Assembly: GCA_035315185.1 (NCBI GenBank)
Contig: DATFYE010000203.1
Location: forward strand, 26,101-90,100
DNA length: 64,000 nt
Direction of reading: 5' to 3'
DNA from: Syntrophorhabdales bacterium
Lineage (GTDB): Bacteria; Desulfobacterota; Syntrophorhabdia; Syntrophorhabdales; WCHB1-27
Below, piece after piece: positions 39,650-47,291 of the stretch. Both the position numbers and the translations under genes were made by a program. Each line of letters starts with the position of its first letter. Position 1 is the stretch's first letter. The notes under the pieces were generated by a model. The model searched no databases. It was given only the letters and a program-made list of their open reading frames with translations, and was not told the DNA's origin.

Positions 39650-40045
39650 CTATTCGCCAGATACCTCGCGAGCCAGCTTTCTCTGGTAAGCATCTCCGAT
39701 CTTCACGACCAGGGCGTCGATGTCGCAAGGTTTCATCACATAGTCGAAGGCGCCCAGACGCATGCCCTCTATGCCTGACTCAACGGAGGCGTGTCCCGTC
39801 AGCATAATAACTTCGATGAGAGCACTTATGCTTTTCATCTCCCTCAGCGTCTCCAGTCCATCCATTCCCGGCATCTTCACGTCGATAATGGCCACGTCGA
39901 AGGCCGTCCTCTTCACTGCTTCCAGGGCCCGGTAACCGCTCTCCACATCAAGCACATCAAACGCCCTCCTCCTTAGACGGCTGGCTAAGGTAGTACGGAA
40001 GGCTTCTTCGTCGTCGACCAATAATAAGCGGATCCTTTCCGTCAT
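39650..40045 (-). CDS. stand-alone response-regulator receiver protein
   Basis: 131 aa. LLLVDDE, IDVKMPGMDG, LTGH, KP. It is a close paralogue of 36539-36937. Confidence 0.85.
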   Translation of the reverse strand: MTERIRLLLVDDEEAFRTTLASRLRRRAFDVLDVESGYRALEAVKRTAFDVAIIDVKMPGMDGLETLREMKSISALIEVIMLTGHASVESGIEGMRLGAFDYVMKPCDIDALVVKIGDAYQRKLAREVSGE

Positions 40046-40143
40046 CGTTTCTCCTCCTTACCTGTGCTGCTCTTCTTCTCTCACTCGTCTTCAGGTGTCC
40101 AGGCTCCGAGTAGCGAGCGGATCGTAGGCGGTTCGTTGCTCGG

Positions 40144-42753
40144 TCAATCCGGTACCTCCACAAACGTGGAGACTTCCCCAAGCATCTCCTCTGCATACCA
40201 CGTCACACGCGCGGGGTCCGACAGAACCATATCCAACTGCCTGGTATGTAAAATCAAATATCCCAGGACTTTTAATCCCTTCGTCATGTACTCATTCTCC
40301 TGGCGCTCAAGCCGTGCCGAAAGTGTATCGCCTTTTGTTTGGACCCAAAAATGGAACCTTCGCAGGACAGTTTCTATCAAGTCGTTTCTCCGTTCCTTGC
40401 GCTGACGATCAGCCGCACCGCCCTTAAAATAGAACCAGACATAGTTTTCAGTCACGCGCTCACCTAAGAAAGCCTCCACTGTGGAATAATGAAAACCCAG
40501 TTTCGTGCTGAGGTGGAAAAAATCCTGTGAAACAATGACGTAATTCTGACCTCCCATCGCCGATTCCCGGCCGAGTTCCAGATTGGGGTCCATCGTAGAC
40601 TCGATCACGATGGATAGAAATCCTCCTGCGTCGATTGGTGGCGGTCCTTTCCACGGGAAGGCGGTGAGCCCTTCCCACAACGCACAGAAAGGGGGAGAAA
40701 TGATGTCCTCAACACGCACCGTGTCTCCATCTGCCTTTTCTCTGATGCCTCCTCCCAGATCCAGAACCCACCATTCCATGGGGACATTGGAAACGAGTTT
40801 CCTGGCCATCTTGTGTGAAAACGGAGTCTCCTGGTATTCGTCAAACAGCTCTCGCAGAGAAATCTCATGCGCATAACGGATGATATCGTGCAGGGTTTGA
40901 CAGTCTTGCGGGGTAAAATCAGGGCCATCCGGATCTGTCAGGTGCAGCGGGGCAATATATCTGAGGACGTTTTCCAGCGTGTGGTATACAGGGCTGTTCT
41001 TTATGGGGCTGGCGCTTTCACTACTCCTGGCCAGTATGGCCTCCACCTTACCAGCATATACCTTTTGCAGATCAGCATCAACGGTGACAAGCGTTCCGGT
41101 CCCGATGGTGCTGGAGGCTACGCGAGTTCCCATCAATGCGGGAATCTTGAATTCCCTGGCCACAGCGGCCAGATGTCCCGTGAGCGTGCCCTCATCGGTT
41201 ACCACGGCAACCGCCTTATCCAGGAGAGCCGCCCATTGAGGCAAGGGATACCTAGCCAGGAGGACTGCGCCTGTTGGGAACTGCAACATGTCCACTGCGG
41301 TTTCCACGCGGAATGCAGGGCCATACGCAACTCCCGGACTCGCGGTGATGCCTTTCTCAATCAGGGTTGTATTATCGATGAGCCTTGAAGGAAGATCTTG
41401 TCTCGATCCACTCCTCGCCGGAAGAGCAAGGGGCCGGGTCTGCACAATCCAGAACGTGCCCTCATTGTCCAGGGCCCATTCTACGTCTTGGGCTCCGCCA
41501 AAATGTTCTTCCAATCGCATAGCTATTTTCGCCAGTCTTCGGGCTTGCTCGTCGCTCAAGGACGGAGCTTCCCTTTTCGCTTCATCAACGTGTTCAACAA
41601 CAACCCCTTCACGGCTGTGGCATGCTATTCTCGTAGTCTTGCTGCGAATATCCTTTTCTAATAATTGTCCCGGATCCTTCCTGCTGACGACATACAGGTC
41701 GCTGCTGAAAGTACCATCCACTACTGCCTTTCCCAGACCGAAGGCGCTATTGATGACGACCCCGCCAGGAAACGAGGCACCAGGGTCGGCAGAATAGACA
41801 ACGCCTGCAGCCTCAGCCTGAATCAGGCGCATGCACCCGACACACATCGCGATGTCCTCATCGAGAAAACCCATCCTCAGGCGATAGGTTATGGCCGGCA
41901 CCGAATATTTGCTCGCCACAACCTCCTTATAGCCAAGGAGAAGGGATTCCGGGCTGACATTCAAGATGGAACGATACTGCCCCGCAAAGGAAGCGCCTCT
42001 GGAATCTTCTCCCAGGGCGCTGCTGCGCAGACAGATGCAAGCCCCTTCGCCGACGTTTCGGATTAAGTCTTGGTACGCTGAAATGATGGTTCTTTCCAGC
42101 TCTGCGGGCAGAGGGGCCTCCACGATCAATTTCTGAAGGTCAGCGCTGACCTCATGCAATTGAGCGATGTTACCTACTTCCAGCTGTTGCAACTGCCGGT
42201 TTACTTCGTCCTGCAGCTTGCCCTCAGCCATGAAGAACTCATAGGCCGCCGAAGAGATCACAAACCCTTCCGGTACAGCCAGACCAAGACGGTTCCTTGT
42301 CTCCGCGAGAGAGGCCATCTTATTTCCGGCTTGGTCAGTCATGTTGCGGTCAATTGCTTCAAGGGGAAGAATCCATGAACCTTGTTGTGCCTCCCTCTTT
42401 CTTGTTAACTCTTGGTCGATCCTCCTCGAAATTTCATCAAAGACACTAAAAAGAGTTTGATTTCTTTGATCAGTGATATCGTTGAGGCTTTGAATAATCT
42501 TATAGACGTCGACCGAAAGGGCGGTGCATTTTGTCCGGATGAAGGCCATGTCGAAACTGACTGATCCCTCTATGGCCTCTTCCATGTTACTGATGATCTT
42601 GAGGACCTCATCATTTAGACCAAGCAGGGTCTTAAAGCTCAAGTAGCGCCTGGTAAAAGCCATGCGAAGAGCATTTCTTTCCTGCTCTTCCTTCCGCAGC
42701 CTGCCTTCCGCACGTCTTTTCAGGTAAGTTTTAATGTAAGACATAGAAAACAA
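40144..42753 (-). CDS. dikinase-core protein with family-specific C-terminal domain (P4)
   Basis: 869 aa. The nucleotide loop AGNKMASLAE is divergent. Other motifs: PEGFVISSAAY, LRSSALGEDSRGASFAGQ, DVEWALDNEGTFWIVQTRP, TLTGHLAAVAREF, and C-terminal DLGGG, ALWEG, YFKGGAAD, RQLDM. Confidence 0.8.
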   Translation of the reverse strand: MFSMSYIKTYLKRRAEGRLRKEEQERNALRMAFTRRYLSFKTLLGLNDEVLKIISNMEEAIEGSVSFDMAFIRTKCTALSVDVYKIIQSLNDITDQRNQTLFSVFDEISRRIDQELTRKREAQQGSWILPLEAIDRNMTDQAGNKMASLAETRNRLGLAVPEGFVISSAAYEFFMAEGKLQDEVNRQLQQLEVGNIAQLHEVSADLQKLIVEAPLPAELERTIISAYQDLIRNVGEGACICLRSSALGEDSRGASFAGQYRSILNVSPESLLLGYKEVVASKYSVPAITYRLRMGFLDEDIAMCVGCMRLIQAEAAGVVYSADPGASFPGGVVINSAFGLGKAVVDGTFSSDLYVVSRKDPGQLLEKDIRSKTTRIACHSREGVVVEHVDEAKREAPSLSDEQARRLAKIAMRLEEHFGGAQDVEWALDNEGTFWIVQTRPLALPARSGSRQDLPSRLIDNTTLIEKGITASPGVAYGPAFRVETAVDMLQFPTGAVLLARYPLPQWAALLDKAVAVVTDEGTLTGHLAAVAREFKIPALMGTRVASSTIGTGTLVTVDADLQKVYAGKVEAILARSSESASPIKNSPVYHTLENVLRYIAPLHLTDPDGPDFTPQDCQTLHDIIRYAHEISLRELFDEYQETPFSHKMARKLVSNVPMEWWVLDLGGGIREKADGDTVRVEDIISPPFCALWEGLTAFPWKGPPPIDAGGFLSIVIESTMDPNLELGRESAMGGQNYVIVSQDFFHLSTKLGFHYSTVEAFLGERVTENYVWFYFKGGAADRQRKERRNDLIETVLRRFHFWVQTKGDTLSARLERQENEYMTKGLKVLGYLILHTRQLDMVLSDPARVTWYAEEMLGEVSTFVEVPD

Positions 42754-42765
42754 AACACATTACGT

Positions 42766-43830
42766 TTAGGACTCCGGATTAAAGGAATAGTTGCCCCGCA
42801 GAAAGGCTTCGACATGCCAGTCTACGATCGCATCATCATCCATGACCATATCTCTTTGACGGCAACAACCCATCAACCTGCCCAGCAAATCCAGTCTTTC
42901 TTCTGTTTCCTCCAGTGGCTGCCGGCGAAAATCGGCACGCACCGAATCCCCCATCACTTCCGCTTCAAAGCCGATATTCTCCAGAACCGACCCTATAAAT
43001 CTGGCTCTACGCGCTCTCCTCAAATCGTCTGCAGCTCCTCCTTTGAACGTGAAACGGATATGGTTATTGGACGCTTGAGCGCTCGTGTTTGCGTCCACGG
43101 ACGCATAATGATAACCAAGCCGCGAACGGTAGTTCATATATTCCGAAGCGATGAGAGCGAGCGTTTTGTCCCAGAAGTCTTCTTCCGGCCGACTGGAGCT
43201 CTGGGCCATGATCACCATGAGGCCTTTCAAGTTCAAACCGATCGGCCCTGACCACGTAATACCCGGGTAGTACATCCCTCGAAACATAGCCTGTAAGGGG
43301 AGAGAGCGAATCTGATCTTTGGGAATGAGTCGTCCGGAATCTTCCGGCAGCGCTCCCTGCAGATCGAGGACATGAAGATTGATGGGTAACCCCGTCTGGA
43401 CTTTCCTCACGGAGAGTTTGTCCGTATTGTACGTGTCAAAGAGCGCGGAAAACTCCTCCACAGCAAGATCATGGATGGAGTCTAGTAAGTCATTCAGGTC
43501 CTTGTAGTCTTGGAGGGTTTGATCTTCTTTCTCGATCTGCTGAAGCCGCACAACAAGTTCCGGATGGCTGCGCTGGGCCAGGGCATCCAGGTTTTCCAGG
43601 ACCTTGCCAACGCTGGCTACGACATCTCTCAAATCAGGTTGAAGAGGGGAGGCAACTGCGTCCAATACCTCCCTCCTGGCTTCCAGGACGCTCCGGAACA
43701 CGTTGTACTTATCCCGAAGAATCTCCGCCGCGGAGGTTCTCGGCTGTGACTCAAAAGATCCGATCAGATTCTTGAACCAGCCCTTCATACTGAAATAGAT
43801 ATCCTCCCTAAGTAAAGCCGAATAGCTCAC
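42766..43830 (-). CDS. core-less family member: N-terminal helical region + family C-terminal domain, no ATP-grasp or swivel domain (P6)
   Basis: 354 aa. The GTG start overlaps the CBS gene stop (GTGA). The C-terminal 230 aa align with the P2-P5 tails (NYRSRLGYHYASVDA, NHIRFTFKGGAADDLRRARRARFI, RQRDM, GNYSF). The N-terminus LRDKYNVFRSVLEARREVL resembles the P2-P5 N-termini. Confidence 0.7.
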   Translation of the reverse strand: MSYSALLREDIYFSMKGWFKNLIGSFESQPRTSAAEILRDKYNVFRSVLEARREVLDAVASPLQPDLRDVVASVGKVLENLDALAQRSHPELVVRLQQIEKEDQTLQDYKDLNDLLDSIHDLAVEEFSALFDTYNTDKLSVRKVQTGLPINLHVLDLQGALPEDSGRLIPKDQIRSLPLQAMFRGMYYPGITWSGPIGLNLKGLMVIMAQSSSRPEEDFWDKTLALIASEYMNYRSRLGYHYASVDANTSAQASNNHIRFTFKGGAADDLRRARRARFIGSVLENIGFEAEVMGDSVRADFRRQPLEETEERLDLLGRLMGCCRQRDMVMDDDAIVDWHVEAFLRGNYSFNPES

Positions 43831-44357
43831 AAGATCAGCGCAGCGATTTCCTTGAAGACCTCCACCGAGCGCACAACCCCGACAACGACACCCTCTCGGA
43901 GGACCGGCAGCGTACTTGCGTTCTCATCTACCATCTTTGACGTGACCTGCAGCAGATGATCTTCATAATCCACCGTCGACCGGATGGGTTGCATCACTTC
44001 GCTGATAGGGCGCTCAGCCTGCGTCAGTATCTCGCGTACCAGCGAATCTGAGGATGAGGTTTCTTTAGTAGGCCCATTTTTTGCCGCAGGGAAAGTCTGT
44101 GCTTGCCTGTCAGAGTCATGCATAATATTCGCCCTCAGACCACCGAAGATATCCCGGCGTCGGATGATTCCAAGAAGGTTGTACGTTTCATTAAAGACGA
44201 GCACGGATCGAGCCCCGATTAGTCGGGAGCGCCCGTCTGACCCTTCCTCTGCCTGTTCCATGATGGCCACTGCCTGGCGAATGCTGAACCAATAGGGGAC
44301 GTGGGGATAGGCCTCCAAGGGAATCATGAGTTCTGAAGCTTTCTTCATTTTCGTCAT
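43827..44357 (-). CDS. CBS-pair domain protein
   Basis: 176 aa with two CBS-like repeats (..V.VF.....LLGIIRRRDI and ..LPVL.EG.VVGVVRSVEV). Confidence 0.65.
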   Translation of the reverse strand: MTKMKKASELMIPLEAYPHVPYWFSIRQAVAIMEQAEEGSDGRSRLIGARSVLVFNETYNLLGIIRRRDIFGGLRANIMHDSDRQAQTFPAAKNGPTKETSSSDSLVREILTQAERPISEVMQPIRSTVDYEDHLLQVTSKMVDENASTLPVLREGVVVGVVRSVEVFKEIAALIL

Positions 44358-44491
44358 ACACTCTCCTTATCCTTTCCACCGCCATGTTCGTCTCTTCCTG
44401 ATCCCAAAAGCCACCGTGTGGTTCGGTCCGTGTCTCAACCGTCTTCAGGCGGCTTTCACGCGCCCGCAGGGTTGCGTCGGGCCAGCTTGGA

Positions 44492-45061
44492 TCAGACGGG
44501 TTCTTCCGGGGCTTCCCGCAGAACCTCGGTGATTAGTTCCGGGGCCAGTCCGGATCTAGCCGTCACCTCCTGGATGTTGCCTTCGCTTCTCTGCGCCAGA
44601 TTGCGCACATACTCCCGGAGAAAGGCCTTGCTTGCTTTATCGTAGGGCTCCAGAAGAAAAACTTTTTGCATCTTCTGGGACTCCCGCTTGAGCTTCTGCC
44701 AGCGCATGGCTCGGTCCATTGTAAAGAGAATCTGTTCCTTCTTGAAAGGTTTAGTGATGTAGTCGAAGACGCCCTGCGACATTGCCTCGACAGCGGTTTC
44801 CAGCGAACCGAAGGCTGTAATGATGATCAGTTCCTCGTGCCGATTATTCTCCCGTAGCATCCGTAGAAGATCGAGGCCATCAAGCCCCGGCATCTTAAGG
44901 TCGCTGATGATAAGATCGTACTGGGTCTCCTCCAACATTTTGGGGACCATCAGTGAGTTGGAAGTCGTGGTGATGCGGTACGATGTTTTTTCCTTAATGA
45001 TCCGCTCCAGAAGCTGCAGCATGTGCGGCTCATCATCTACGGCCAGGATGCGCTGTTCCAT
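44492..45061 (-). CDS. response regulator: receiver + Fis-type HTH, lacking the AAA+ sigma54-activation domain
   Basis: 189 aa. ILAVDDE, SDLKMPGLDG and KPF motifs. The C-terminal NIQEVTARSGLAPELITEVL resembles HTH_8. There is no Walker A or GAFTGA. Confidence 0.75.
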   Translation of the reverse strand: MEQRILAVDDEPHMLQLLERIIKEKTSYRITTTSNSLMVPKMLEETQYDLIISDLKMPGLDGLDLLRMLRENNRHEELIIITAFGSLETAVEAMSQGVFDYITKPFKKEQILFTMDRAMRWQKLKRESQKMQKVFLLEPYDKASKAFLREYVRNLAQRSEGNIQEVTARSGLAPELITEVLREAPEEPV

Positions 45062-45074
45062 GTGGTTCCCTTCC

Positions 45075-47291
45075 TCATGATGTATGCTGGACCGGCATGG
45101 ACACCGTGAAATGGGTGCCGGTCGGTTTAAGGGGATTGTCCTCTGCCGAGGAACTGGAAAAGGTTATCTTTCCACCATATTTTTTTATGATACCGTAACA
45201 GAGTGACAGGCCGAGTCCAGTGCCCTCCCCCACATTCTTCGTCGTGAAGAAGGGATCGAAAATCCGGGGCTTGATGCGATCGGGAATACCGCTTCCTGTA
45301 TCGATCACGTCTACATGAACCCATTCTCCCTCTGCTCGGGCAGCGACCGTGAGCGTGTCCCCCGCTTCTCCCGTTGCCGCTATAGCATTGTTGATAAGAT
45401 TGAATATAACTTGCTGGAACTCCCGGGTATCGCCCCGAACCCGCGGCAGGTTCGCGGGGGTATCGGTGACAAGGGTAATTTTCTTAGTCATGAGCGTGTT
45501 CCGAACGATTCTGAGCACGGTGCTCACGCTGTGCTCAATATCTACCGTGTCCTCCAGGCCTTCACTAATGCGGGCAAACCCCAGTAAGTCCTGCACGACT
45601 TTCTTGGCATTGTTGGCGTTGTACTCGATGATCTTGAGGTCTTCATAGTCTGGTGAATCCGATGGGAACCGCTCTAGGAGAAGGTCAGCAAAGCCCAGGA
45701 TAACAGCCAGGGGATTATTTATCTCATGGGCCACGCCGGCTGCGAGCGTCCCGATGGAGGCCAGCTTCTCCGTGTTGTAAATCCGCTGGTCCATCTCCAT
45801 CCTTTCCGTTACATCCCGACTGATGCTGAGGAACTGATAGATCTCCTCCTTCTCATTCCGGATCGGGATGAGCTTGGTGCTAAGGTGAGTCTGACGGCCA
45901 TTGATGGTCAGAGTCTGCCCGAAGGAGATGCTCGATTGCTGTTCCAGCACCCGGTCCATCTGTTTGCGCATAAAAGCTATATCTTCAGGCCGGAGCAGTT
46001 CGTGCAGATCGCGCCCGACATAATATTCCGGCTGGCTAAGATGAGCACCTGTTGGAGCGTTTGTGTCGTCGGGCCCGGTAACTACGAGGTGCGAAAAAAC
46101 CTCTATACTATGGGGGTTCAAAAGCACTACCCGCATTTTCGTATCCAGGATGTAGATGAGGTCAGTAGCCTGCTCCACCACCCTCCGGTAGATTCTCTCA
46201 GTCTCCTCCAGGTCGGATTGCGTCCTCTCCACCCGTGCCTTCAAGTCCGTAGAGATGCGGCGCTGCTGCACAAACGCCAGGATACCAACCATAAAGACAG
46301 CGATTATCAGGGCTGTTTCAGCGATAATATGGCGGATATAGACCCAGTGGACCGTCTCAGAGACCTCGCTGATAGGCGCAGCTACTGCCACGGACCACAA
46401 GCCTCCGGGTGGCAATGCGTCACTCCTGACGGGTGTAAAGGCAATCAGTTTGGTGATGCGTCCTTCCATGCCCCGGTGCCAGCCGCTCTCATAAAGGCCC
46501 ACGCCTTCTTCACCCCGCAACATAAGTTCCTTCATGATCCGGTTAATCTCGGCGAAGCTGATGTACGGCTGCCGCTCTGCCCTGGCGGTGAAAGCATTCT
46601 TGCCGATAAAGGCCGCTTCCGGATGATAGAGGAACATCCCGCTTTGATCGATGACCCAGGCATATCCGGTCCTGCCGGAACGAATATCTCTTGTTACGCC
46701 GGCTACAAGACGAGAGACGTCCAGGCGTGCATAGAGCGCACCCTGCCCATCGACGAAGTTCATCGGCGTGTGGAACACACTCGTTACCATGACCCTTTCG
46801 TCTTCTCCGGGTTCCACCTGCAGCGGGCTAAGGTAGATTTGGCCCGAGGGGTCAGGGGGATACATCTCCGTGCTCTTTTTCAGGCGCACTTCAGTGCGGC
46901 GGCCGTCACAACAGACCTGGAGCAAATGGCGGGAAGGATCTATCACGCCGATCTCGATCAGCCCCTTATCCCTGGTCCGTTCTACCACCAATCGCATCGT
47001 CTGTTCCAAGGCGCGAACCTGCGTATACGGCTGAAGAGTCTTTAAACTCTTAACTTCGATTTGAAGATCTCTGAGGATCGCATCGATCTGGGATGCGGCC
47101 TGGCGGGCTAAGATCAACTGTTGTTGATTGAAGCTGTCATCGACCTGATGATGCATTACCCTTGAATTCGCATAGACCATCCAGAAGGCAATGGCAATCA
47201 CCGCGGCAAAGATGAGGGAACTGGCCAGGATCAGGTAGCGGGACCCGAGCAGTCTTTGAACCAGTCCGAGCACGCGGCTCGTAAGGCCCAT
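45075..47291 (-). CDS. sensor histidine kinase (Cache-like periplasmic domain, PAS, HisKA, HATPase)
   Basis: 738 aa. H-box AHEINNPLAVI, N-box LINNAIAA, DTGSGI, GTGLGLS. The ATG overlaps the stop of P5 (ATGA). Confidence 0.85.
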   Translation of the reverse strand: MGLTSRVLGLVQRLLGSRYLILASSLIFAAVIAIAFWMVYANSRVMHHQVDDSFNQQQLILARQAASQIDAILRDLQIEVKSLKTLQPYTQVRALEQTMRLVVERTRDKGLIEIGVIDPSRHLLQVCCDGRRTEVRLKKSTEMYPPDPSGQIYLSPLQVEPGEDERVMVTSVFHTPMNFVDGQGALYARLDVSRLVAGVTRDIRSGRTGYAWVIDQSGMFLYHPEAAFIGKNAFTARAERQPYISFAEINRIMKELMLRGEEGVGLYESGWHRGMEGRITKLIAFTPVRSDALPPGGLWSVAVAAPISEVSETVHWVYIRHIIAETALIIAVFMVGILAFVQQRRISTDLKARVERTQSDLEETERIYRRVVEQATDLIYILDTKMRVVLLNPHSIEVFSHLVVTGPDDTNAPTGAHLSQPEYYVGRDLHELLRPEDIAFMRKQMDRVLEQQSSISFGQTLTINGRQTHLSTKLIPIRNEKEEIYQFLSISRDVTERMEMDQRIYNTEKLASIGTLAAGVAHEINNPLAVILGFADLLLERFPSDSPDYEDLKIIEYNANNAKKVVQDLLGFARISEGLEDTVDIEHSVSTVLRIVRNTLMTKKITLVTDTPANLPRVRGDTREFQQVIFNLINNAIAATGEAGDTLTVAARAEGEWVHVDVIDTGSGIPDRIKPRIFDPFFTTKNVGEGTGLGLSLCYGIIKKYGGKITFSSSSAEDNPLKPTGTHFTVSMPVQHTS

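Noticed and set aside
45726-47045. 439-aa ORF on the plus strand.
   Set aside because: It lies entirely antisense to the histidine kinase, which has clear H, N and G boxes. Its translation is low-complexity and Arg/Pro/His-rich, typical of a shadow ORF.
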